From Actinomycetota bacterium (GTDB taxonomy: Bacteria; Actinomycetota; CADDZG01; WHSQ01): DNA of 64,000 nt. The notes under the pieces were generated by a model. The model was given only the letters and a program-made list of their open reading frames with translations, had not been told where the DNA came from and did not search any database. The stretch lies in assembly GCA_046262015.1 (NCBI GenBank), contig JBHENN010000097.1, positions 1,304-65,303 of the forward strand. Reading direction: 5' to 3'. Of the stretch, positions 55,323-64,000 are shown in pieces (position 1 is the first letter of the stretch; every line of letters begins with the position of its first letter). A program made the position numbers and the translations under genes.

Positions 55323-56762
55323 ATGAGCAGCAAGAACCCGCTCCCACGTCAGAGCGAGGACTTCCCCGCGTGGTACGCGGAGGTCGTCAAGCGCTCGGGG
55401 ATGGCGGAGCATGGGCTCGCCAAGGGCAGCCAGATCATCAAACCCCACGGCTACGCGATCTGGGAGCACACGCAGCGGGCGCTGGACGATCGCTTCAAGG
55501 CCACCGGCCACGAGAACCTGATGTTCCCTCTGTTGTTCCCGGAGAAGCTGTTCGCCCGTGAGGCTGCGCACGTCGAGGGCTTCGCCCCGGAGGTCGCCGT
55601 GGTGACGCACGGCGGCGGGGAGAAGCTCGAAGAGCCGCTCGTCATCCGCCCCACGTCGGAGGCGGTGATCTGGGCGGCGTACGGGAGCTGGATCCAGAGC
55701 TACCGCGACCTCCCTCTCCTCTACAACCAGTGGTGCAACGTGCTCCGGTGGGAGATGAGGACCAGACTCCTCCTCAGGACCAGTGAGTTCTGGTGGAACG
55801 AGGGCCACACCGCCCATGCGACCGAGGCCGAGGCCGGCGAGGAGGCCTTGCGGATGCACGAGGTCTACCGCGAGGTGTGCGAGGACGTCCTCGCCGTGCC
55901 GGTCCTCGGCGGCCGGAAGTCGGAGTCCGAGCGCTTCCCCGGCGCCGTCGAGACCTACACGAACGAGGCGTTGATGCGCGACCGCAAGGCCTTGCAGTGC
56001 AACACGTCCCATTTCCTCGGGCAGAACTTCTCGAAGGCGTACGACGTCCAGTTCCTCAACCGCGCCGGAGAGCAGGAATACGCATGGGGGACCTCGTGGG
56101 GCTTCAGCACCCGCATGGTGGGCGGGGTGGTGATGGCCCACGGGGACGACTCGGGCTTGCGGCTCCCGCCGGCCGTGGCGCCCGTGCAGGTGGTGATCGT
56201 CCCCATCTACCGGACCGAGGACGAGCGAGCGGCCGTCCTCGAGGTCTGCGGCAAGCTCCACGATGCCCTCGCCGGCGGCACGATCCGCGTGCGTGTGGAC
56301 GACCGCGACCAGCACCGCCCCGGCTTCAAGTTCAGCGAATGGGAGCTCAAGGGGGTCCCGGTCAGGGTCGAGGTCGGACCCAAGGATGTGGCCGCCGATC
56401 AGGTCACGATCGCCGAGCGGGTAACCGGCACGAAGGACCCATCGCCGATCGCGACCGCCGTCTCGCAGATGCCGGCGCTGCTCGACGATCTGCAGCGCAG
56501 GCTGTTCGACGACGCGCACGCGTTCCTAACGGCGAACACGCACGACGTTTCGGGACTCAGCGAGCTGTCCGAGAGACTCGATGCCGAGGCAGGATTCTGG
56601 GTCGGTGCGTGGTGCGGGGACCATGTCTGCGAAGCGAGGGTCACGGAGGAGACGAAAGCCACGATAAGGACCCTGCCGGTCGAGAGAGAGGACCCCGGCG
56701 CGCCGTGCATCGTGTGCGAGCGGCCCGGCCTCGAGCGAGCGACCTGGGCGAGATCGTACTAA
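55323..56762 (+). CDS. proS: Proline--tRNA ligase (archaeal/eukaryotic-like short type)
   Basis: FPAWYAEVVKRSGM..., class II motifs (FRDE-type region, GTSWGFSTR) and the C-terminal zinc-type domain ending in Y are present. Confidence 0.9.
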   Translation: MSSKNPLPRQSEDFPAWYAEVVKRSGMAEHGLAKGSQIIKPHGYAIWEHTQRALDDRFKATGHENLMFPLLFPEKLFAREAAHVEGFAPEVAVVTHGGGEKLEEPLVIRPTSEAVIWAAYGSWIQSYRDLPLLYNQWCNVLRWEMRTRLLLRTSEFWWNEGHTAHATEAEAGEEALRMHEVYREVCEDVLAVPVLGGRKSESERFPGAVETYTNEALMRDRKALQCNTSHFLGQNFSKAYDVQFLNRAGEQEYAWGTSWGFSTRMVGGVVMAHGDDSGLRLPPAVAPVQVVIVPIYRTEDERAAVLEVCGKLHDALAGGTIRVRVDDRDQHRPGFKFSEWELKGVPVRVEVGPKDVAADQVTIAERVTGTKDPSPIATAVSQMPALLDDLQRRLFDDAHAFLTANTHDVSGLSELSERLDAEAGFWVGAWCGDHVCEARVTEETKATIRTLPVEREDPGAPCIVCERPGLERATWARSY

Positions 56763-56770
56763 CCACGGCC

Positions 56771-59473
56771 ATGCCACCACCCCCCCAGGAAACGCCCGTG
56801 GACGCGCCGAGCGCGCCGGTCGACCAGCCTGCGGACAAGAGGCTCGCGGCGCAGTACGCGGTCATCGAGGCTCTCGCCGAAGCGACGACCCTCGAGGAGG
56901 CCGCGCCCCGGGTGCTGGGGGCGATCTGCGATTGTCTCGATTGGGAGCTCGCGTCCTTGTGGGTCATCGACGAACGGGCGGACGTCCTCAGGTGCCGGTA
57001 CACGTGGCACTCGGAGGGTGCGCCGACCACGGAGATGGAGCGCGCCACCGCCGGGATGACCCTGGCGAAGGGGCAAGGGTTGCCGGGGCGCGTGTGGGAG
57101 ACGGGACAACCGTTATGGGTGAGCGATATCACCGCCGACCCCAGCTTCCCCCGCGCGCGGCTGGCGCGCAAAGAAGGGTTGCACGCCGGCTTCGGATCGC
57201 TGCTGGAAGGCAAGCAGGTCGTAGGCGTCATCGAGACGTTCAGCCCCCACGTCCTCGCGCCCGACGAGAAGATGGCCGAGGCGCTGCAAGCGTTCGGCCG
57301 CCAGCTGGGACAACTCATCGAGCGGACCCGTGCCGAGGAGTCCCTGCGCCGGAGCGAAGCTCGCAAGGGGGCGATGATCCAATCGGCGTTGGACTGCGTC
57401 ATCGGGATGGATCACGAGGGGCGGATCATCGAGTTCAATCCGGCGGCCGAGGCCACGTTCGGACACCGGAGCGAGGAGGTCCTCGGGGAGCGCCTGGGCG
57501 ACGTGCTCATCCCCCTCCCTTACCGAGAGCTGCACTATCGCGGCCTCGCGCGCTACCTCGCGACAGGCGAGCACGAGGTCCTCAACCGTCGGATCCAGAT
57601 CAGCGGCTTGCGCGCCGACGGCTCCGAGTTCCCGGTCGAGCTGGCGATCACGCCGGTCACGATCCCGGGCGAGCCACCCGTGTTCACCGCGTTCTTGAGA
57701 GACATCACGGATCGGGTAGCGGCCGAGGAGGAGCACGCGCGCCTCCTGATCAGCGAGCAGGCCGCACGGGCCCAAGCCGAGATCGCACAGCGACGCATGG
57801 CGTTCCTCGCCGACGTGAACACCCGGCTGTCGACCGAGCTCGACTTCCAGGCCGCTCTCGGCACGCTCGCCGAGATGGCGGTCCCGCGCATGGCCGACTG
57901 GTGCCTGGTCGACGTCGCATCCGAGGATGGTCGCGTGCTGCGCGTCGCGATCGCGCACGCGGATCCCACCAAAGCCGCACTCGCAGATGAGCTTCGGACG
58001 AGACTGCCACATGCCGACTTCAAGGCGATCCAGACTGCGCTGAACACGGGTGAGTCCATCATGACCGCCGACATCTCCCAGTCGCTTGCCGATCTCGCAG
58101 ACGAGCCTGAGCACGCCAGGCTGTTGCGCGAGATCGGGGCCACTTCTTCGCTCGTGGTTCCCCTCGTCGCTCGCGGGAAGACGCTCGGCACGCTGACCTT
58201 CCTGTTGGCGGAGAGCGGTCGGCGCTACTCCTCCGACGACCTGTCCCTCGCCGAAGAGCTGGCTCGGCGCGCCGCCGTCTCCATCGACAACGCCCGCCTC
58301 TTCCAGGAGCGCAGCCATGTCGCCCGCGTTCTACAGCGGAGCTTGCTGCCCCCGCGTCCTCCGTCCATCCCCGGCATCGACGTTGCGGCCCGCTACGAGG
58401 CCGCAGGCGAGGGCAATCAGGTCGGCGGCGACTTTTACGACGTCTTCCGCTGCGGCCGTCACCGGTGGGCGATCGTGATGGGCGACGTTTGCGGGAAGGG
58501 GCCGGACGCGGCTGCGGTCACCGGCCTGGCCCGCTACACCTTGAGGGCCGCGCAGTTCGAGAAGAACGCTCCAAGCCAGGTCCTCCCCGCCCTGAACCGC
58601 GCCATCCTGGAGCAGGCCGGTGGCGAGAGATTCGCCACCGTCGTCCTCGCGCTCCTCGAGACGGGCCGGCGGGGTCCGCGCCTCACGGTGTGCTCGGCCG
58701 GGCATCCTCTCCCGCTCCTTCGGCGCCGGGACGGCACCGTGGAAGAGCTCGGTACCCCGGGGACCGTGCTCGGGCTGTTCGACGAGGTCGAGCTGACCGA
58801 CGCCACGATGCAGCTCCTTCCGGGCGAGGCCGTCCTCTTCTACACCGACGGCGTGACCGACATCGGGATGGCTGAGAGCGACCCCGCTGTCGTGGACCTC
58901 GAGTCGCTGCTGGGTTCCTTCACCGGCGACGAGGCGGCCCTCCTGGCCGATCGGGTCCGGGACGGGGCACTGAGCGCGCAGGGTGGGACCGCCCGCGACG
59001 ACATCGCGGTCCTGGTCGTCCGGGTGCCCGACACCGCCGAACCCGGCCAACCCTCGCCGGGGGTGCGTCTGGATGCGCCAATCACCGGCGGTTTCAAGGC
59101 TCCATCCGAGGCACGCCGGCTACTCGACGCGCTGGCGCGCGAGCTGGAGCCGGAGCTGCTCGAAGATCTCCGCTTCCTGGTCAACGAGCTCGTGACCAAC
59201 AGCGTCCGTCACGCTCCCGTGGGTGCCGCCGGCAAGCTCCGCGTGCGGGTCCTGACTTCGGCGGAGGTCGTTCGTGTCGAGGTCTCAGACGCCGGCGAGG
59301 GTTTCGTCCCCGAGCCCACTCCCCCGCGCGCGGATCAGGACTCTGGCTGGGGCATGTACCTGCTCGACCAGCTGTCCGACCGCTGGGGCACCGATCGCGC
59401 CGGTGACCGCTTCACGATGTGGTTCGAGCTCGATCGCGCGCCGAGCGCGCGTCCGGCCGCAGCCGGTCGGTGA
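56771..59473 (+). CDS. Multidomain sensor: GAF-PAS-GAF-PP2C (SpoIIE/RsbU-type phosphatase)-HATPase_c (RsbW-type anti-sigma kinase-like)
   Basis: PP2C motifs are present (GGDFYDV, MGDVCGKGPDAA, FYTDGV, RDDIAVLVVR). The C-terminal region ELVTNSVRHA...DAGEGF...GWGMYLL resembles HATPase N and G boxes. Confidence 0.8.
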   Translation: MPPPPQETPVDAPSAPVDQPADKRLAAQYAVIEALAEATTLEEAAPRVLGAICDCLDWELASLWVIDERADVLRCRYTWHSEGAPTTEMERATAGMTLAKGQGLPGRVWETGQPLWVSDITADPSFPRARLARKEGLHAGFGSLLEGKQVVGVIETFSPHVLAPDEKMAEALQAFGRQLGQLIERTRAEESLRRSEARKGAMIQSALDCVIGMDHEGRIIEFNPAAEATFGHRSEEVLGERLGDVLIPLPYRELHYRGLARYLATGEHEVLNRRIQISGLRADGSEFPVELAITPVTIPGEPPVFTAFLRDITDRVAAEEEHARLLISEQAARAQAEIAQRRMAFLADVNTRLSTELDFQAALGTLAEMAVPRMADWCLVDVASEDGRVLRVAIAHADPTKAALADELRTRLPHADFKAIQTALNTGESIMTADISQSLADLADEPEHARLLREIGATSSLVVPLVARGKTLGTLTFLLAESGRRYSSDDLSLAEELARRAAVSIDNARLFQERSHVARVLQRSLLPPRPPSIPGIDVAARYEAAGEGNQVGGDFYDVFRCGRHRWAIVMGDVCGKGPDAAAVTGLARYTLRAAQFEKNAPSQVLPALNRAILEQAGGERFATVVLALLETGRRGPRLTVCSAGHPLPLLRRRDGTVEELGTPGTVLGLFDEVELTDATMQLLPGEAVLFYTDGVTDIGMAESDPAVVDLESLLGSFTGDEAALLADRVRDGALSAQGGTARDDIAVLVVRVPDTAEPGQPSPGVRLDAPITGGFKAPSEARRLLDALARELEPELLEDLRFLVNELVTNSVRHAPVGAAGKLRVRVLTSAEVVRVEVSDAGEGFVPEPTPPRADQDSGWGMYLLDQLSDRWGTDRAGDRFTMWFELDRAPSARPAAAGR

Positions 59474-60989
59474 CGTCGGTGAAGTCGTAGAGGTCCCGGA
59501 CGCCCTCGTAGACCCACGCCCTGTCGTAAAGGAGCGGGAGATCGGCTCCGAAGTAGAGATCGAATATCAGCCGGAACGTGTTCACCGGGGTGATCGAAGG
59601 ATACAGCCGGTCACGGTCCACTCCGGGCAGGAAGTAGGCGTTGAGGATGCGCATCTTCTCCGCCAGCTGGATGTCGCTGGCCTCGGTCCACTTGAACCCC
59701 TCGATGTCGCGCTCGAACTCGAGCGGATGCGGACCCTCGTCCGACTGGATGACGATGATCGGCCGGTCCTCCTCGGATACCGCGAGGAGCTCGGTCACTA
59801 GCTCCTGGATCCGGGTATTGGCGTAGGCGAGCTGCTGCAGGTAGTTGTAGGCGCGCGGATGCGCGCTCGCCTCCTCCCTGGTCACGTAGTCGCCGTCCGC
59901 GTCGACCACGTACGGCGGATGCGGCAGGGTGAAGTGCGCGAACGCGAACGTAGGGCGGTCGTCCTGCGCGATGCGGGCGAGGCTCTCGAACTGGAAGTTG
60001 ATCCGGCCGAGATGGTCGGCGCGGAGGTCGAAGCTCCGGTCCAACCTCCCCAACCAGTCCGAGATCGGCTCCCACACCGTCGTGTCGAGTAGCACGCTGG
60101 AGAACTCGGACAAGGCTCCGTAGGACAGGTTCTCGTCCGCCGAGGGGTCCTTCGAGGTCGGCCCCCAGAACGAGCCGATGTGGACGTACCGGTAACCCAT
60201 CGCCTGGAGGTAGCGAGCGACCTTGGAGCCTCTCAGCAGGTCGTATATGGGTCCGTGCTCGGACGGGTCGTCCTTCATCTGCTCGCTCAGGTAGTCGAGC
60301 GTTGTCATGTTCAAGGACGATGCCAGCGAATGTGCGGTTCGCGGATAGTTGGCCACGCTGTCGGACGCGACGAAGAACCCCTCGCGCTCGAGGAACGTGA
60401 GCATCTCGGTGTTGTCGAAGTCGTACAGCTCGGCCAGGGTGTCGGCACGCGCGTAGCGGTCGAACACCAGGTAGTAGATGTCTCGCTTCGCGCCGTCGAA
60501 GGAGGTCCACGCCGGCAGTCCACCCGCGCGGCGCGCCGGCGCCGGTGCCGGCGGCTCCCGAACAGCGTAGGCGACGATCGGGACGACGTTGAGCGCTACG
60601 AGCACGGCGGCGATCAGATTCAGGACCGAGCTGAGCCGGCGGCCCCCCTCTCCGGACCGCACGGCCAGCACCACGCCGATCACCGCAACCACCGCCCATA
60701 TCGCCACCAGGGTGGCGGGACCGACCGCCATGCCGCTGTTGGCCAGGAGATCCGCGACGGGTCCATACGCGAAGAACAAAAAGACGAGCAGCGATGTGAC
60801 GAGTCCCGCTCGCACCCAGTCGCCGGCGACCACGCGTGCGACCACGAGCAGCCCGGCCGTCCCGGCGAGAACGGCCACCAACGGTGCCACGACCGTGCCG
60901 AGGGTCACCTGCTTCTCGATGTTCTGGGCGAACAGGAACAGGACCGGATATGCCGCGATCAGGAAAGGATGGACGACGAGACGCTTCAC
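59412..60989 (-). CDS. Membrane-anchored alkaline-phosphatase-superfamily (sulfatase / LTA-synthase-like) protein
   Basis: About 5 N-terminal TM helices are followed by an extracytoplasmic domain (YYLVFDRY..., FAHFTLPHPPYV, VIQSDEGP). GTG at 60989. The last 62 nt overlap the convergent sensor gene. Confidence 0.7.
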   Translation of the reverse strand: MKRLVVHPFLIAAYPVLFLFAQNIEKQVTLGTVVAPLVAVLAGTAGLLVVARVVAGDWVRAGLVTSLLVFLFFAYGPVADLLANSGMAVGPATLVAIWAVVAVIGVVLAVRSGEGGRRLSSVLNLIAAVLVALNVVPIVAYAVREPPAPAPARRAGGLPAWTSFDGAKRDIYYLVFDRYARADTLAELYDFDNTEMLTFLEREGFFVASDSVANYPRTAHSLASSLNMTTLDYLSEQMKDDPSEHGPIYDLLRGSKVARYLQAMGYRYVHIGSFWGPTSKDPSADENLSYGALSEFSSVLLDTTVWEPISDWLGRLDRSFDLRADHLGRINFQFESLARIAQDDRPTFAFAHFTLPHPPYVVDADGDYVTREEASAHPRAYNYLQQLAYANTRIQELVTELLAVSEEDRPIIVIQSDEGPHPLEFERDIEGFKWTEASDIQLAEKMRILNAYFLPGVDRDRLYPSITPVNTFRLIFDLYFGADLPLLYDRAWVYEGVRDLYDFTDVTDRLRPDARSARDRARTTS

Positions 60990-60991
60990 GC

Positions 60992-62380
60992 CTAGCGGCG
61001 CGTGGTGAGCAGGTACAGGACCCGGCCCGAGTCCTCGATCGGCTCCACGGCGGCGATGTCGAACGAGCTCTTGAAAGCTCGCTCGAACCCGTCCTGCGTG
61101 TAGTCGGGGAAGACATCCTCCCGGTTGTGCAACAGACGCCGGACCATCTCGTCCTCCTTGGGGACGAACTCGATCAACAACCGCGGGCCCAACCGGGCGA
61201 GGAATCCGGCGACCCGCGCCAGCGGGACGTTGTTCCCTATCGCCAGGTGGTGGACGAGCGCCAGCGCGAGCACTAGATCGGCCGGGCCTCGCTCCGCGAT
61301 GGTCATGCGCTCTTCGTTCGCCCAGCCCAGCGCGGGGCTGGGGTTGACGAGGTCGACCACGAGGGGGAGCAGGTGTTCCTCGCGGCCTGCTCGCGCCCGC
61401 CGGTAGCTCTCTTCGACGCATGCTGCGTCCATCTCCAGGCAGACGGCCGGTATCCCACGATCGGCCGCGAGACGCCCGAACAGCCCGGTGTTGCTGCCGA
61501 GGTCCCACACCGACGCCGGTGCGAGCTCCTCGATGTAGCGCTCCACCAGCGCCTTCTTGCTCTCCATCGCCCGCGTCGAGTAATGGGATGCCCGAGCGTA
61601 GTACTCGACCCAGTGACGTGCGGCCCTCCCGAGCCTCATGCCCGTCACGGCTTTCTCCAGGCTGCCGATGAGACCTTCGAAGGCCCGTCTGGTGAACCTG
61701 CCCGCACCGGGACGGATGGCCGCGTCGTCGTCCTGGTGGCGGCGCTGGCTCCGCGCGTGCAGAAAGATGTGGACGAGCATCCCCACCCGAAGGCGCGCCC
61801 GCGCCGGGAGCAGGCGCGCGGCGAGGTCCAGGGGGATGCCGTCGATGTGCAGCGCGGCGAGCCTGCCGAGGCGCAGGTCCCCGTAGCCCATCAGCGCGAG
61901 AGGCGCGAGGAGATGCTGGCAGAACTGTCGGTAAGCGACCCAGGGTTCGCCCGCACGCAGGACCTCGAACGACAAAGTGTCGATCAGTACCGGGTCGGGA
62001 CCGCGGAACTGGACGTTGTAGGCGCTGGCGTCCCGCAGCGACATCCCGTGGTCGAGCGCCAGACGCTGCACCTTCAAAGTGGCCAGCGCGGCTTCCTTCA
62101 GCTGCGAGAACGCCCACTCGTAGGGATACGACACGAACCCGATCGGCTCCGGGCGGATCACCTTGTAAGCGTCGGACGTCAGAGCGAGGCTGAGGCCCAC
62201 CTCCTCGTGCGGCACCAGAAGGCGCGCCTTCACGAGGGCGTCGTAGAGGCCGGACTCACCGAGACGGTCGTAGTGGGGTGCGTGAACCGCGTTGACCTGC
62301 CGGTAGAGGATCCCGTCGCGGCGGAACACCACCCCGCTGGGATCCCGGAACGACCCCGCCAGCGGTTGTGGCCGGCTCAC
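60992..62380 (-). CDS. Class I SAM-dependent methyltransferase with ~250 aa N-terminal domain of unknown function
   Basis: SAM motif I (VWDLGSNTGLFG) lies in the C-terminal half. GTG at 62380 is chosen to avoid overlap with the upstream small ORF. Confidence 0.7.
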   Translation of the reverse strand: MSRPQPLAGSFRDPSGVVFRRDGILYRQVNAVHAPHYDRLGESGLYDALVKARLLVPHEEVGLSLALTSDAYKVIRPEPIGFVSYPYEWAFSQLKEAALATLKVQRLALDHGMSLRDASAYNVQFRGPDPVLIDTLSFEVLRAGEPWVAYRQFCQHLLAPLALMGYGDLRLGRLAALHIDGIPLDLAARLLPARARLRVGMLVHIFLHARSQRRHQDDDAAIRPGAGRFTRRAFEGLIGSLEKAVTGMRLGRAARHWVEYYARASHYSTRAMESKKALVERYIEELAPASVWDLGSNTGLFGRLAADRGIPAVCLEMDAACVEESYRRARAGREEHLLPLVVDLVNPSPALGWANEERMTIAERGPADLVLALALVHHLAIGNNVPLARVAGFLARLGPRLLIEFVPKEDEMVRRLLHNREDVFPDYTQDGFERAFKSSFDIAAVEPIEDSGRVLYLLTTRR

Positions 62381-62390
62381 TCCTGCCGCG

Positions 62391-62612
62391 TCATTCCTCG
62401 GGAGAGGAGCGGTCCCGCCGGAAGACGTTCGCGATGCGATGCCAGAAGACCTTGAGGCCGACCCCCACGCCCAGAGCCGCTCCGACAAGGAGCTGGAAGA
62501 TATAGCTGCCCGAGCCCGGGTCGATGTAGGCATTGGCCACGGGGAGCGCAGTGAACGAGAACGCGGCGACGAGCATCGCCAGCGCCACCAGATCGATCCT
62601 GGGTCGCCTCAT
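62391..62612 (-). CDS. Small two-TM membrane protein
   Basis: 73 aa with two hydrophobic helices. It lies immediately upstream of the methyltransferase on the same strand. Confidence 0.5.
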   Translation of the reverse strand: MRRPRIDLVALAMLVAAFSFTALPVANAYIDPGSGSYIFQLLVGAALGVGVGLKVFWHRIANVFRRDRSSPEE

Positions 62613-62735
62613 CGTGATCTGCCCCTCGCCTCCAGGGCCACGAACCTCGCGTTGTGGCCGGTTCGTGAATCCTATCTGAACGGGGGATGAACCCCGCGGA
62701 CAGGGCGTGGGACGCCGGCGTGGGGTACGACAACC

Positions 62736-63485
62736 TCAGGCGATCCCGAGGAGCTCGAGCATCTGCTCGTGCCGGTCGATCACCACGGCCGCCTCGGGGG
62801 CGTCGCTGCGATCATCGTGCACCCCGCGGAAGCGCACCGCGTGCATCCCGACGTCGCGCGCTCCGGCGATATCGGTCCTGCGAAGGTCGCCCACGTGGAC
62901 CGCCTCGGGCGGGCGCACTCCCAGCTCGGCGAGAGCCTTGGCGAAGATCTCGTTCCCGGGCTTCGGAACGCCGACCTCGTCCGAGAAGCACAGGACCTCG
63001 AGGTGCTCGAGCAGGCCGTGCTGGTCCAGCAGCTCGCGGACGACGCGGCCGGGCGTGATCCCCGTGTCGCACACCAGCGCGAGGCCGATGCTCGCACCGC
63101 TCAGCGCGGCCAGGGTCGCGCACGCTCCGTCGACGGCATCGACGCCGGTCTCGAGGCTCGCTTCTTCGAACGCACGCGTCAAGCGCGCGATGGCGTCGTC
63201 GTCGTCGACCCCCCGGGCTTCCAGGCAGTACGCGGCCATGCGTCCCGGACCGAAGGTCTCGACCTGCTTCCACGCCTCGTCGTGCTTCGACCAGGCCTCC
63301 GTTAGGAGGGCGTCCGCCTCGCTCTCGGACAGGTCCAGGAAACCAAGAAGGGCGCTCCTGCGTTGCCGCATCGCGCCCTCCCAGTCACGGTCCTTCAGAA
63401 GCGTCCCCCAGCAGTCGTAAGTGCCCGCTCGGATGCCGTCGACCCTCTTCACCCGATCACTCCCCTCACGCGCCGTCCCCGGCAC
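62736..63485 (-). CDS. HAD-superfamily hydrolase
   Basis: Motif I variant (YDCWGTLL) and motif IV (HVGDLRRTDIAGA) are present. An alternative start is GTG 63452. Confidence 0.75.
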   Translation of the reverse strand: MPGTAREGSDRVKRVDGIRAGTYDCWGTLLKDRDWEGAMRQRRSALLGFLDLSESEADALLTEAWSKHDEAWKQVETFGPGRMAAYCLEARGVDDDDAIARLTRAFEEASLETGVDAVDGACATLAALSGASIGLALVCDTGITPGRVVRELLDQHGLLEHLEVLCFSDEVGVPKPGNEIFAKALAELGVRPPEAVHVGDLRRTDIAGARDVGMHAVRFRGVHDDRSDAPEAAVVIDRHEQMLELLGIA

Positions 63486-63873
63486 GCCGTTGACGATCCT
63501 TCTTCACCACGCACGTCCCGATCGCCCGAGCCACCACCTCGGGTGCCTGGAGCAGGTCGGCGGCCGACCCGGACACCTCCGGACGGGGACGAGCGTACCT
63601 GACGGCCTCGAACACGATCTCGCGGGAGGAGGCACCCATCCGCGTGATCGTCCCCCGAACCTCGACGAAGTCGCCGGCGTGCACGGGCAGCAGCAGCTCG
63701 ATCGAGGAGTATCCCGCGAACAGTCCTTCATCCCCGTCGGAGCGGATGCACAGCTCGGTGGCGACGTCCCCGAACAGCTCGATCAACCGGGCGCCGGCTA
63801 CCAGACCTCCGCCGTAGTGCGTGTCGACCTGCGACAGACGGACGCGATGGAACGTGCTGATCTGTTCGGTCAT
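63466..63873 (-). CDS. Hotdog-fold protein resembling 3-aminobutyryl-CoA ammonia-lyase (Kal)
   Basis: 135 aa with HYGGGLVAGARLIELFGDVATEL...VHAGDFVEV. The family call is from memory of lysine-fermentation clusters and is moderately uncertain. Confidence 0.55.
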   Translation of the reverse strand: MTEQISTFHRVRLSQVDTHYGGGLVAGARLIELFGDVATELCIRSDGDEGLFAGYSSIELLLPVHAGDFVEVRGTITRMGASSREIVFEAVRYARPRPEVSGSAADLLQAPEVVARAIGTCVVKKDRQRRAGDGA

Positions 63874-63881
63874 GAGCGGTC

Positions 63882-64000
63882 CTACTCTCGCACGCGATCG
63901 AGCCCCGAGGCGCCGCGCCGGGCGACCGCCCAGACCAGGTACGAGGCGACCTCGGACGGCGTGGTGCCGCGCCCGAACACTCGGTCGTAACCCAGCTCGG
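63882..64000 (-). CDS. C-terminal end of a B12-binding-domain protein (aminomutase/mutase small subunit-like); gene continues beyond window
   Basis: Translation is ELGYDRVFGRGTTPSEVASYLVWAV. This resembles the end of cobalamin-binding Rossmann domains. Only 39 codons are visible. Confidence 0.4.
   Translation of the reverse strand, partial: ELGYDRVFGRGTTPSEVASYLVWAVARRGASGLDRVRE

Overview
High-GC (about 70% by eye), densely packed actinobacterial-type chromosome segment. Most genes are on the plus strand and many are coupled by ATGA/GTGA overlaps. Gene order follows two conserved mycobacterial/corynebacterial blocks. The first is nadK-recN-steA-mctB-like ... pyrG ... xerD-parA-like-scpA-scpB-rluB-cmk-der. 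The second is gcvH-FHA protein-MerR-(dacB, hpt)-DUF151 nuclease-MerR-gcvT-gcvPA-gcvPB. Further right lie a vapBC pair and a copper/metal island: two-domain multicopper oxidase, cupredoxin/beta-helix protein, metallophosphoesterase, permease pair, lysyl-oxidase-like protein and FG-GAP protein. After that come ppm1-lnt, proS, a large GAF-PAS-GAF-PP2C-HATPase sensor, and a small-TM protein/methyltransferase/sulfatase-like cassette. One tRNA-Pro(GGG) is present. No rRNA, CRISPR array, transposase or prophage genes were seen. The stand-out feature is a 1.7 kb gene-free interval (15815-17532) directly downstream of a ParA-like ATPase and an overlapping small ribbon-helix-helix-like ORF. This interval is built from three ~600-630 bp units, each with the same three AT-rich islands. 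The islands carry a recurrent motif, ACTTGTC[G/T]ACA(AG), with the perfect palindrome CTTGTCGACAAG at 31318. The same motif recurs at or next to the starts of parA, scpA, aroH, aroA, gcvH and dacB over ~17 kb. I read this as a candidate chromosomal partition or regulatory system, or alternatively an array of promoter plus structured-RNA units, and I cannot assign it to a described family from sequence alone. Secondary oddities are a conserved ORF with no canonical start lying in frame behind a TAG stop, an Lnt homologue with Ser at the expected catalytic Cys position, a bacterial lysyl-oxidase-like gene, and widespread TANNNT-N6-ATG leaderless promoter geometry.
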